Program-made: the position numbers and the translations under genes | The notes under the pieces: model-generated | The model's database searches: none | Told to the model about the DNA's origin: nothing | The model's input: only the letters and a program-made list of their open reading frames with translations | Shown here: in pieces, positions 49,703 to 59,720 of the stretch | Layout of the letters: every line of letters starts with the position of its first letter | Numbering within the stretch: the stretch's first letter is position 1 | NCBI GenBank assembly: GCA_963832165.1 | Contig: CAWHTE010000011.1 | Coordinates: 512,001-576,000 of the forward strand | From: an uncultured delta proteobacterium | Lineage (GTDB): Bacteria > Myxococcota_A > UBA9160 > SMWR01 | Length of the DNA stretch: 64,000 bases | Direction: 5' to 3'

Positions 49703-50366
49703 ATGGACATCCATCGCGTCTATCGCGCGCTGGGCACGGGGTTCCGCCGCCGCCGCATGCGGCGCTTCGAGCGCGTGTTCCATCCGACCGCGCACACGCG
49801 CATCCTGGACGTCGGCGGCGCGCGCCAGACCTGGGATCTGCTCGCGTCGCAGCCGCGCGTCACGCTGCTGAACCTGGACCGCGCGGCGCTCGGCGACGCC
49901 GCGCCGGGCCGCTTCGACGCGGTCACGGCGTCGGCCCTGTGCCTGCCGCATGCGGACGACTCGTTCGACATCGCGTTCTGCAACTCGGTGATCGAGCACG
50001 TCGGCGCGCTCGACGAGCAGCGCGCGCTGGCCGTGCAGCTGCGGCGCGTCGCGCGCGGACTCTGGGTGCAGACGCCGGCGCGCAGCTTCTTCGTCGAGCC
50101 GCATCTGCTGACGCCGTTCTTCCACTTCCTGCCGCGAAGCTGGCAGCGCCGCCTCGCGCGCAATTTCACGTCTGTGGGGTTGGTTCACGCGGCCCGACCC
50201 GCAGCGCGCGCGGGAAATGGTCGACGGGATCCGGCTGCTCTGCTATCGCGAGTTCGCTGCACTGTTTCCGGACTGCGAGATCCGGCGCGAGCGCTTCCTG
50301 GGCTGGACGAAGTCCTACGTGGCAGTGCGGCCTGAAGGCCCGACAAGGGGGGGTGGGCGAGCATGA
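49703..50366 (+). CDS. Class I SAM-dependent methyltransferase, frameshift near 50170
   Basis: ILDVGG, FDIAFCNSVIEHV, QTPARSFFVEPH; the corrected frame ends at an ATGA overlap with the next gene. Confidence 0.82.
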
Positions 50367-53146
50367 GCAGCGGTACCGGGATCTCTGCGCGCGTGCGCGC
50401 AGCCGATGCGTCGCGCGGTGCGACGATCGGGTGGACCCTGCTCGGTCTCGTGATCGGCGCGCTGTTCGGGCAGAGCGGGTTCGCGGCGCTCTCGGGCGCG
50501 GGCTTCGGCGCGACCTTCGCCGCGCTGCGCGCGGCGGCGCGCCGTTCGGCAGCGCTCGGCGATGCGCTCGCACGGATCGAGCTGCGCATCGGCGCGCTCG
50601 AGCGCGAGGGCGCGCCGCGCGCGGAAGACGCGGCCGAGGTCCCCGCACCGGTCGCGCCGCCGGCGGCTGCTTCGTTCGAGTCGCCGGTCTTCACGCCCCC
50701 GCACCCCAGCGAGCTGCCGCGCGTCGAGATCGCGCCCGCGGCGCGCCGTGCACCCGCGCCGCCGCGCGGCCCGTCCATTGCCGCGCGCGCGTTCACGGCC
50801 GCGCGCGATTTCCTGTTCGGCGGCAACACCGTGGTGCGCGTGGGCATCCTCGTGCTCCTGATCGGCGTGGCGCTGCTCGCGAAGTGGGCGGTCGATCGCG
50901 ACCTGTTCCCGATCGAGGCGCGGCTCGCCGCGGCGGCGGCGATCGGGCTCGCGCTCACGGGCGTGGGCTATCGGCTGCGCGACGCGCGCCCGGGCTTCGC
51001 CACCACGCTCCAGGGCGGCGGGATCGCGGCGCTCTATCTCGTGGTGTTCTTCGCCTATCGCACCTACGCGCTCGTTCCCGCGCCGCTCGCGTTCGCGCTA
51101 TTCGTCGCGATCGGGTGCGCGTGCGGCGTGCTCGCGCTGGTGCAGAACTCGCAGCCGCTGATCTTCATCGGCAGCGTCGGCGGCTTCCTCGCACCGATCC
51201 TCGCCTCGACCGGCGAGGGCCGGCACGTCGTGCTGTTCAGCTACTACCTCCTGCTCGACCTCGCGGTTGCAGCGGTGGCGTGGAGCAAGTCGTGGCGCGC
51301 GCTGAACCTGCTCGCGTTCTTCTCGACCTACGCCGTGGCGACACTCTGGGGCGTCCTGTCCTACAAGCCCGAGCACTTCGCCTCCACCGAGCCGTTCCTG
51401 CTCGCGTACATGGTGCTGTTCACGGGCGTCGCGCTCGTGAACGCGTGGCGTCAGCCGCCGCGCCTGGCCGGCATCGTCGACGGCACGCTGGTATTCGGCA
51501 CGCCGCTCATCTCGCTGCTCGCGCAGGGGCGGCTCGTCGAGGGCAAGCAGCTCGGGATGGCGCTCTCGACGGCGGGCTTCGGCCTGTTCTATGCGCTGGT
51601 CGCCACGTTCGTGTGGCGGCGCGCGCCCGAGACGCTGCGCCGGATCGGCGAGGCATTCCTCGCGCTCGCAGTGGTGTTCGGCACGATCGCGATCCCGCTC
51701 GCGATCGACGACGCGCTCACCACGACGGTGGTGTGGGCGCTCGAGGGCGCGGGCCTCTACTGGGTGGGCGCGCGCCAGCAGCGCTGGCTCGCGCGCGCAT
51801 CGGGCGTGGCGCTCCAGGCGCTCGCGGCGGCCGCGTTCGGGTTTGCCGCGGAGGTCGCGCCGCTCCAGGGACGCGCCGCGGAGTACGCGCCGCTCGCGAA
51901 CCCGCGCTTCCTGTCGATGGTCGGGATCGCATTCGCGGGCTGGTTCATCGCGCGCGAAGCCTACGCGCGGCGGGAGCAGCTCTCCGAGGCGGAGTGGAAT
52001 CTCGCACAGGCGCTCGCCGTGTGGGGCCTCGCGTGGTGGGGTGGCGCGTGCGTGGCGGAGATCGACCAGTTCATGCCGGCCTCCGAAGCAGCGCCCGCAG
52101 CGCTGCTCGTCACGAGCGCGACGTTCCTCGCGCTCGAGCGCGCCGCCGGGGCGCTCGGCTGGCTGCCGGGTCGGCTGCTCGCGCTCGCGGTGATCCCGGT
52201 CGCGTTCTTCGCTCTGCCGCTCACGCTGGAACGCGAGGCGCACCTGCTCGCGGGGATCTGCGCAATCGCGTGGCCGCTGCTCGTCGTCTCGATCTACACC
52301 GTTCTGCGCCGGCTCGAGGCGTGCGACCAGCACTGGACGCGCTGGGGCTATGCGCCGGCGCTCTGGCTGGTCGGGCTCGTGCTCGGCATCGGCCTCGGAG
52401 GCGTCGTCGAAGTGCCGCTGCGCCTGCGCGGCGACTGGCCCGCCGCGGCGTTCGCGCTCGGGCCTGTCGTCGCGATGCTCGGGGCGCTTCGGCTAGGCGA
52501 GAGTGGCAGGGGCCCGTTCGCGCGCTTCCCCTCGCTGCACCTGGGGCCCGGTGCGGCACCGCTCGCCGCGCTCGCCGCGCTCTACTTCCTCGTATTGAAC
52601 ATGGCCGCACCCGGCGACTCCGCGCCGCTGCCGTATCTCCCGCTGCTCGGTCCCACCGACGTCGCGCTCGCGCTGCTCATGGTCGCGCTCGTCGACTGGT
52701 GGACGCGCGTGCGGCGCGCGAATCCCGCGGTGATGCCGGGCCCGTGGCGCGCCGCGGTGGGGCCCGCGTTCGCCGCGCTCGCGTTCGTGTGGCTGAACGG
52801 CCTGATCGCGCGCAGCGTGGTGCAGTGGGCGGGCGTTCCGTTCGACGGCGACGCGCTCTGGGACTCGACGCCGTTCCAGGTCGCGCTCTCGATCAGCTGG
52901 ACGCTCGTCGCGCTGGGCGGGATGGTCTGGAGCACGCGGCGCTCCGAGCGCACGCGCTGGTTCGCCGCGGCGACGCTCTTGGGTGTCACGGTCGTGAAGC
53001 TCTTCATCGTCGATCTCTCGACGCTCAGCACGGGCGCGAAGATCGGCACGTTCCTCGCGGTGGGCGCTCTGCTGCTCGTGGTCGGATATCTCTCTCCGGT
53101 GCCTCCCGCGCGAGCCGGCACCGCAGAGCAAGGGGGTGGATCATGA
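50363..53146 (+). CDS. DUF2339 polytopic membrane protein
   Basis: FLFGGNTVVRVG, LQGGG, GGFLAPIL, WALEG, KLFIVDLS..YLSPVPP. Confidence 0.9.
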   Translation: MSSGTGISARVRAADASRGATIGWTLLGLVIGALFGQSGFAALSGAGFGATFAALRAAARRSAALGDALARIELRIGALEREGAPRAEDAAEVPAPVAPPAAASFESPVFTPPHPSELPRVEIAPAARRAPAPPRGPSIAARAFTAARDFLFGGNTVVRVGILVLLIGVALLAKWAVDRDLFPIEARLAAAAAIGLALTGVGYRLRDARPGFATTLQGGGIAALYLVVFFAYRTYALVPAPLAFALFVAIGCACGVLALVQNSQPLIFIGSVGGFLAPILASTGEGRHVVLFSYYLLLDLAVAAVAWSKSWRALNLLAFFSTYAVATLWGVLSYKPEHFASTEPFLLAYMVLFTGVALVNAWRQPPRLAGIVDGTLVFGTPLISLLAQGRLVEGKQLGMALSTAGFGLFYALVATFVWRRAPETLRRIGEAFLALAVVFGTIAIPLAIDDALTTTVVWALEGAGLYWVGARQQRWLARASGVALQALAAAAFGFAAEVAPLQGRAAEYAPLANPRFLSMVGIAFAGWFIAREAYARREQLSEAEWNLAQALAVWGLAWWGGACVAEIDQFMPASEAAPAALLVTSATFLALERAAGALGWLPGRLLALAVIPVAFFALPLTLEREAHLLAGICAIAWPLLVVSIYTVLRRLEACDQHWTRWGYAPALWLVGLVLGIGLGGVVEVPLRLRGDWPAAAFALGPVVAMLGALRLGESGRGPFARFPSLHLGPGAAPLAALAALYFLVLNMAAPGDSAPLPYLPLLGPTDVALALLMVALVDWWTRVRRANPAVMPGPWRAAVGPAFAALAFVWLNGLIARSVVQWAGVPFDGDALWDSTPFQVALSISWTLVALGGMVWSTRRSERTRWFAAATLLGVTVVKLFIVDLSTLSTGAKIGTFLAVGALLLVVGYLSPVPPARAGTAEQGGGS

Positions 53147-54617
53147 ACCCGAACGCGCGCTGCGGCGCACTCGCGGCGCTGTGGCTGGTGATCGGGCCCG
53201 CCCCGGCGCTCGCAGCAGGAGGAGGCGCTCGCGCCGAGCGACTTCGCGTGGGGTCGCGCGTTGGAGACGCAGCGCAGCGATCCGCTTCAGACGCTCCTGC
53301 TCGACCTACAGGTCTACCGCGGTGTGGTCGGGCCCGAGCTCGTCGATCTGCGCGTGTTCAACGGCGCGGGCGAGGTGGTGCCGCACGCGATCCGCGCGCT
53401 CGTCGATCCCCAGCGAAGAGGAGAGTGCGCAGGTCGACGTGCCGCTGTTCCGCGTCCCCGAGGACTCGGCGCTCGCGCGTGCGGGGTCGCGCGCGCCCGC
53501 GATGGCGGCGGGCGTGCACACCAGCGTGCGCGAGCGCGACATCGCGATCGAGATCGCGGCCGACGGTGCGATCGTGCGCGTGGAGTCCGACCTGACCAAG
53601 GGAGGAGAAGAGGCGCCGCGGCCGCCGTCCGCCTACCTGATCGACGTCTCGCAGCTGAAGCGCGCGGTGGTGGGCCTCGACCTCGCGCTCGCGCCCGTGC
53701 CCGCGGAGTTCGCGGTGGCGTTGCGCGTCGAGGCCAGCGACGATCTCGTGCATTTCGATTCGCTCGCCTGCGCGCGGCGCGCTCGCGCGCCTCGACCAGT
53801 CGGGCCATCGCATCGAGCGCAGCCGCGTCGAGTTTCCTGCGGTCGCGCGCCGCTACCTGCTGCTCTCCGCGGCGCAGCCGCTGCCGGTCGAGGTGACCGC
53901 AGTGCGCGCGCGGATCGCGCCCGTGATCGATCCGCCGCCGCGCCAGCGCGAGCGGATCGCGGGCAGCCGGATCGAGGGCGAGCGCGCGGAGTTCCTGTTC
54001 GATCTCGGCGCGCGCTTCCGGTCGACCGCGTGCAGGTCGATCTTCCGGTAACGAACACCGTGGTCGAGGCCGATCTCTACTCGGCTCTCGACGCGGACGG
54101 GCCGTGGCTGCATCACTTCCAGGGCGTCCTCTATCAGTTCGAGCGATCCGAGGGCCCGCTGCGCAACGCCGAGCTCGCGGTGCCGCCGGTCCGCCGGCGT
54201 TATTTCAAGCTCGATGTGGCCGCGAAGGGCGGTGGGCTCGCGAGTGGCACGCCTGCGCTCGAAGTCGCGTGGTTGCCGGAGCAGCTCTTGTTCGTCGCGC
54301 GCGGCGCGGGGCCGTTCGCGCTCGGCTACGGCCGCGCGCAGGTCGAACGCGCACGCTTCGATGCCGCGGAGCTGATCGAGAGCGCGGTGCCTCCCGACGC
54401 GAACGGCCGGCGCATCGTGCCGCGCGAAACCGCGGCGCTCGGTCCCGTGAAGCCGGTCGGCGATCCGAGCGTGCTCGAGCCGCGGCGCGAGCCGCCCTCG
54501 CCGCGCACGCTCGCGCTCTGGGGCGTGCTCGTGGGCAGCGTCGCGATCGTGCTCGCGCTCTCCGTGCGCCTGTTGCGGCGCATGAGCTCGCGCGAGGACG
54601 AGATCCGGTTCGAGTGA
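53143..54617 (+). CDS. DUF3999 family protein, at least four frameshifts
   Basis: DLRVFNGAGEVVP, YLIDVSQL, FVARGAGPFALGYG, C-terminal LWGVL transmembrane segment; usual partner of DUF2339. Confidence 0.78.
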
Positions 54618-54767
54618 GTCCCTACTTCTATACGCCGATAATACCCCGCGGGGCTGCGCTCAGGTTGCACATCGGGTCGCCGAAACGCACTGCGTGGTGG
54701 TCTGTCGACAAGTCGCGGATGGAACGGGAGACTGCCCCGCGCAGTCGGCGCAGCCCGGGAGTGGTGG

Positions 54768-55376
54768 ATGATCACCGGTGCGAACACCAACGTCCGCTAC
54801 CGCGGCATCGTCTTCCACGTGCAGACGGAGGACAGCGGGCGCGCCAACCCGCACATCATCAGCCACGTGTACCACGGCGGCACGATCCTCGGGACGCACA
54901 AGACCAACTACGGCGATCGCCTCGACACCGACGATCTCACTTCACTGGTGAAGGGTCTGATCGAACAGCAGCACGCCGCGATGCTCGAGAAGCTCTCGTC
55001 GGGCGGGTTCGATCCCGTGATCGAGCAGCGGCTCGGCAAGTCGGCGCTCGACGCCGACACTGCGGCGGGGCAGGCGCCCGCGATGCAGCAGTCGAAGCCC
55101 GACACCGAGCCCGACGCGCGCTCGCGCCCGTCACAGCCCGAGGTCGCGCGCGCGCCCGCGCCTGCAGCCGCGCCCGCACCGATCGCGACAGCGCGTCCGA
55201 TCGCCGCGGCCACGCTGCCCAAGGTGCGGCGCGGCGAGCGCGGCTTCGGCGAGGGCATCGGATCGCAGAAGCCGCTCGACGAGGTGATCCTCGACTACCT
55301 CGCCGAGAAGGCGCGCGAGCGCGCTCCCGAGCGCACCGCTGGTACCGCGGCCCGCAAGTCCCGCCCGAGCGGGTGA
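54768..55376 (+). CDS. romY: RomY-like polarity protein (MglB GAP co-factor homologue)
   Basis: TGANTNV...FHVQTEDSG..NPHIISH...GG.IL, Pro/Ala linker, C-terminal FGE....KPLDEVILDYL; directly upstream of ftsE. Confidence 0.7.
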   Translation: MITGANTNVRYRGIVFHVQTEDSGRANPHIISHVYHGGTILGTHKTNYGDRLDTDDLTSLVKGLIEQQHAAMLEKLSSGGFDPVIEQRLGKSALDADTAAGQAPAMQQSKPDTEPDARSRPSQPEVARAPAPAAAPAPIATARPIAAATLPKVRRGERGFGEGIGSQKPLDEVILDYLAEKARERAPERTAGTAARKSRPSG

Positions 55377-56125
55377 CCGCGCGCGTGCGCCTTCGGAGCG
55401 CCGCGCCGCGCGCGGAGCTCAAGCGCGCCGCGGCGGGCGATGCCGCCGCGCAGCTGTTCCACGTCTCGAAGTCGTACGTCGCGGGCACCTACGCGCTGCG
55501 CGACGTCTCGCTCGAGTTCAAGCGCGGCGAGTTCGTGTTCCTGACGGGTCCGAGCGGTGCGGGCAAGACGTCGCTGCTGCGGCTCGTGTTCGCGGCCGAG
55601 CGCCCGAGCGAGGGCCAGATCGTGGTGCTCGGGCGCAACGCGTCGCGGATCTCGCCGCGCTCGGTGCCCGAGCTGCGCCGGCGCATCGGCGTGGTGTTCC
55701 AGGACTTCAAGCTGCTCTCGCGCCGCACGGTCGAGGAGAATGTCGCGCTCGCGCTCGACGTCGTCGCGACGCCGCGCCGCGCCGCGCGCGCGCGGGTGTT
55801 CGAGATGCTGAAGCAGGTGGGCCTGCAGCACCGGCGCTACCAGAGCCCGCTCTCGCTCTCGGGCGGCGAGCAGCAGCGCGTCGCGATCGCGCGCGCGCTG
55901 ATCAACGAGCCCGACATCCTGCTCGCCGACGAGCCCACCGGCAACCTCGATCCCGACCTCACGATGGAGATCATGGACCTGATCGCCGACACCGCGACGC
56001 GCGGCACCACGGTGATCGTGGCCACCCACGACCAGACGATCCTCAACCGCTACCGCAAGCGCACGGTGCGCCTCGAAGGCGGGCGCGTCACCGAGGACCG
56101 CGCCGCACCGGGGTCGGCGTCGTGA
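55373..56125 (+). CDS. ftsE: Cell division ATP-binding protein
   Basis: [40 protein letters not shown]. Confidence 0.92.
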   Translation: MTARVRLRSAAPRAELKRAAAGDAAAQLFHVSKSYVAGTYALRDVSLEFKRGEFVFLTGPSGAGKTSLLRLVFAAERPSEGQIVVLGRNASRISPRSVPELRRRIGVVFQDFKLLSRRTVEENVALALDVVATPRRAARARVFEMLKQVGLQHRRYQSPLSLSGGEQQRVAIARALINEPDILLADEPTGNLDPDLTMEIMDLIADTATRGTTVIVATHDQTILNRYRKRTVRLEGGRVTEDRAAPGSAS

Positions 56126-57027
56126 TCCATCCCGCGGCGCGCGCTCTCTACTTCGCGCGCACCTCGCTGCGCGGGATCGCGGCGACGCCGGGCACTGCGA
56201 TCGTCGCGACCGCCACGATCACGGTGGCGCTCGTACTCGTGGGTGCGTTCGGACTGGTCGTGGTGAACATGCAGGAGCTGCTCGCGCGCGTGGGCGACGC
56301 GGTGCAGGTGACCGCGTTCCTCCGCGACGGCCTGCCCGAGGCCGACCGCGCCGCGCTGACACGGCAGATCGATGCGCTGAACGGCGTGGCGCGCGCGGAG
56401 CTGATCTCCGAGGCGCAGGCGCTCGAGCGCTTCCGCGCCGGAGTGGGACAGGGCTTCGCGCTCGTCGACGCCCTCGGCACCAACCCGTTGCCCGCTTCGA
56501 TCGAGATCACGCTCGAGAGCCGCTACCGCACGCCCGCGGACCTCTCGCGCGTGGCGTCCTCCGTGGCCGGCCTGCCCGGCGTCGCCGACATCACCTCGGG
56601 CGCCGACTGGGTCGAGGGATACGTGCGGGCGCTCGATCTGGTGCGCGGTCTCGCGATCGGGCTCGGCGTGATCCTCGTGCTCGCCACCACGCTGATCGTC
56701 TCGAACACGATCCGGCTCGCGGTGCTGTCGCGGCGTGACGAGCTCGAGATCCTGTCGCTGGTCGGTGCCTCGCGTTCGTTCGTGAACACGCCGTTCCTGA
56801 TCGAGGGCCTGCTCCAGGGCGCCGCGGCGGGCGCGCTCGCGTGGGCGCTGCTCTATGCGCTGTTCCGCGTCGTGCTGCCGGGCTTCGAGGCCGGGCTCGC
56901 GTTCGTGCTCGGCGGCGTCGAGCCGCGCTTCTTCGACGCGGTCCAGTCGGCGTGGCTGTGCGGCGGCGGCGCGGGGCTCGGCCTGCTCGGCTCGGCGATC
57001 GCGGTGACCGCGGAGGGGAGGCGTTGA
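56122..57027 (+). CDS. ftsX: Cell division permease
   Basis: NPLPASIEI, IVSNTIRL...RRDELEI..LVGA, PFLIEG. Confidence 0.92.
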   Translation: MIHPAARALYFARTSLRGIAATPGTAIVATATITVALVLVGAFGLVVVNMQELLARVGDAVQVTAFLRDGLPEADRAALTRQIDALNGVARAELISEAQALERFRAGVGQGFALVDALGTNPLPASIEITLESRYRTPADLSRVASSVAGLPGVADITSGADWVEGYVRALDLVRGLAIGLGVILVLATTLIVSNTIRLAVLSRRDELEILSLVGASRSFVNTPFLIEGLLQGAAAGALAWALLYALFRVVLPGFEAGLAFVLGGVEPRFFDAVQSAWLCGGGAGLGLLGSAIAVTAEGRR

Positions 57028-58187
57028 GCCCTGCGGCGTGGGCCGCAGCCGCGCTCGTGTTCGGGTGGGCTGTCGCGGGCGGCGCCCAGCCCAACGCAGA
57101 CCTCGCCAAGATCCAGGCCGCCATCGCGGAGAGCCGCGAGAAGGTGGCCGCATACGAACGCGAGCAGCGCGGGCTGCTCGAGGCGATCGACGCGATCGAC
57201 AAGAGCGCGGCGCTGCTGGGCGTAGAGGCCGCGCGCGCGCGCGGCGCAGCGGACGAGGCGCGCGTCGCGCTCGAAGAGACCGAGCGCACGATGCACGACG
57301 CCGCCGAGCGCCTGGCCGACCTCGAGCGCTTGATGGCCGCGCGCGCGGTCTCGCTCTATCGCGCGGGCGAGCTCGGCACGCTCCAGCTCCTGTTCTCGGC
57401 CGGGGGCCTCCGGGATTTCTTCACTCGCGTCCAGATGCTGCGGCGCTTGTTGCGACACGACGCCGACCTCGTGGCGCGCCATCGCGAGCAGGCCCGCGTG
57501 CTAGAGGCCGCCCGCACGCGCGCGGCGGAGGCGAACCGGGTCGCGAGCGCCGCGGAGGAGACGCTGCGCCGGCGCACCGCAGAGCTCGATACGGAGCGCG
57601 AGCGCAAGCGCGCGCTCGCGCGCCAGCTCGGCAGGAACCGCTCACTCGTGCGCGGCGCGCTCACGGAGCTCGAGATCGCGGGCCGCGCGCTCGAGGAGAC
57701 GGTCGCGGCGTGGCGCGGCGGTGCACCCAGCGAGGCGGGGCCCGTCCCGAGCGGTCCGCCGTTCCCCTCGCTGCGCGGGCGCCTGCCCGATCCGGTGCGC
57801 GGGACGCTTCTGGGGCGGTACGGGCCGGTGGTCGCGCCGGACGCGCGCAGCGCCACCTTCCGCAAAGGCGTGGCCTGGGAGGCGCCCGTGGGCACCCCGG
57901 TTTTCGCCGTGGCCCCGGCCCGCGTGCGCTATGCGGGCCGCTTCCGCGGCTACGGCAACGTCGTGATCCTCGACCACGGCTCCGACCATTTCACCGTGTA
58001 CGCCCACCTCGATCGGATCGACGTCGGGCTCGGAGCCGCGGTCTCCGCGGGCACCCCCATTGGCGCGGTCGGCGAGACGGGGTCGCTCGAGGGGCCGCGC
58101 CTGTACTTCGAGGTCCGCCGCGGCGGCGAGGCGCTCGACCCGGCACAGTGGCTGGCAGCGCTCGGCACCACGGCACGCACCCGTTAG
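57024..58187 (+). CDS. envC: Murein hydrolase activator EnvC-like (coiled coil plus degenerate M23)
   Basis: Long coiled coil; RKGVAW replaces HxxxD; GYGNVVILDHG, LYFEVR. Confidence 0.82.
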   Translation: MSPAAWAAAALVFGWAVAGGAQPNADLAKIQAAIAESREKVAAYEREQRGLLEAIDAIDKSAALLGVEAARARGAADEARVALEETERTMHDAAERLADLERLMAARAVSLYRAGELGTLQLLFSAGGLRDFFTRVQMLRRLLRHDADLVARHREQARVLEAARTRAAEANRVASAAEETLRRRTAELDTERERKRALARQLGRNRSLVRGALTELEIAGRALEETVAAWRGGAPSEAGPVPSGPPFPSLRGRLPDPVRGTLLGRYGPVVAPDARSATFRKGVAWEAPVGTPVFAVAPARVRYAGRFRGYGNVVILDHGSDHFTVYAHLDRIDVGLGAAVSAGTPIGAVGETGSLEGPRLYFEVRRGGEALDPAQWLAALGTTARTR

Positions 58188-58262
58188 ACTGTCGAGCTTC
58201 AAGCGACGCCGGCCAGCGTCCGAAGATCCCTTTGATCTCCAAGGGTCCGGGGGGCCCAATCC

Positions 58263-59711
58263 ATGACACGCCACCGCATTCCCTACCTGCTCTCCTTCCT
58301 CGCCGGAGGCGTCGCGTTCGCGCTGCTCATGGTGATCGCGAGGGGGAACGTCGCGTCGGCGGCGCGCTACGACGACCTGGGGCTGTTCACGAGCGTGCTG
58401 CGCCTCGTGCAGCAGAACTACGTCGAAGACGTGGATGAGAGCGCGCTGATCCGCGGTGCGATGCGCGGAATGCTCGCGGAGCTCGACCCGCACTCCTCGT
58501 TCCTCGACACCGAGGCCTATCGCGAGATGCAGGTCGACACGCGCGGCGAGTTCCACGGGCTCGGCATCGAGATCACCAAGCGCAAGGACGGCTTCATCGA
58601 GGTGGTGGCGCCGATCGAGGGCACGCCCGCGTTCGTGGCCGGCGTTCGCGCGAAGGACAACATCGTCGCGATCTGCCCGACCGATGTTCCGAAGGACTGG
58701 ACCGAGCCGTGCCGCAGCAGCAAGAACATGACGCTGTTCGAGGCCGTGCAGCTGATGCGCGGCAAGAAGGGCAGCGAGATCGTGATCGAGATCTTCCGCG
58801 AGGGGTTCGAGGCGCCCAAGAAGTTCACGATCCGGCGCGACGTGGTGAAGATCCAGTCCGTGACGGGCCGGATCGTCGAGCCCGGCTACGGCTACGTGCG
58901 GATCCGCGCATTCCAGGAGCACACGGTCGACGACCTCGTCGACGTGCTCGGCGATCTCAAGAAGCAGAGCGCCGACAAGCCGATCGGCGGGCTCGTGCTC
59001 GACCTGCGCGACGACCCGGGCGGACTGCTCGACCAGGCCGTGAAGGTCGCGAACGTGTGGCTCGCCGACGGCCTCGTCGTGTACACGAAGGGCCGGGTCG
59101 ACGACCAGCGCCAGGAGTTCCGCGCCACCGACGACGGCAGCGAGCCGACCTACCCGATCGCCGTGCTCGTGAACGAGGGCACCGCGAGCGCGTCGGAGAT
59201 CGTCGCGGGCGCGCTCCAGGACCAGCGCCGCGCGCTCGTGATCGGCGAGAAGACGTTCGGCAAGGGCTCGGTGCAGACGGTCTACCCGCTCGACGACGGC
59301 GCGGGGCTGCGCCTCACCACCGCGCTCTACTACACACCGGCGGGTCGCTCGATCCAGGAGGTCGGCATCACGCCCGACATCGCGGTGGCGGGCACCGTGG
59401 CTGCCGCGGGAGAGTCGGGCGCACCGTCGAACCGGCTGCGCGAGAGCGATCTCGAGGGCCACTTCCGGCACCAGGACGCCGAGCCCGGCTCGGCCAACGA
59501 GCCGCCGGCCACGCCCGAGAACATGGAAGACGTCGATCCGGGCATTCCGGTTCCCGAGGAGAGCGAGGCGAACGACGTGCAGCTCGCGCGCGCGCTCGAA
59601 GTGCTCAAGAGCTGGTCCTACTTCGAGAAGCTGCGCGGGAGCGAGCCGCAGCAGCAGGCGCGCGCGCCCGAGGCCGCGCCCGAGCCCGAGGCGGCGAAGC
59701 CCGCCAACTAG
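58263..59711 (+). CDS. ctpA: Carboxyl-terminal processing protease (S41)
   Basis: LDPHS, PDZ domain, DLRDDPGG, TASASEI, TFGKGSVQ. Confidence 0.93.
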   Translation: MTRHRIPYLLSFLAGGVAFALLMVIARGNVASAARYDDLGLFTSVLRLVQQNYVEDVDESALIRGAMRGMLAELDPHSSFLDTEAYREMQVDTRGEFHGLGIEITKRKDGFIEVVAPIEGTPAFVAGVRAKDNIVAICPTDVPKDWTEPCRSSKNMTLFEAVQLMRGKKGSEIVIEIFREGFEAPKKFTIRRDVVKIQSVTGRIVEPGYGYVRIRAFQEHTVDDLVDVLGDLKKQSADKPIGGLVLDLRDDPGGLLDQAVKVANVWLADGLVVYTKGRVDDQRQEFRATDDGSEPTYPIAVLVNEGTASASEIVAGALQDQRRALVIGEKTFGKGSVQTVYPLDDGAGLRLTTALYYTPAGRSIQEVGITPDIAVAGTVAAAGESGAPSNRLRESDLEGHFRHQDAEPGSANEPPATPENMEDVDPGIPVPEESEANDVQLARALEVLKSWSYFEKLRGSEPQQQARAPEAAPEPEAAKPAN

Positions 59712-59720
59712 CTCTCGTTC

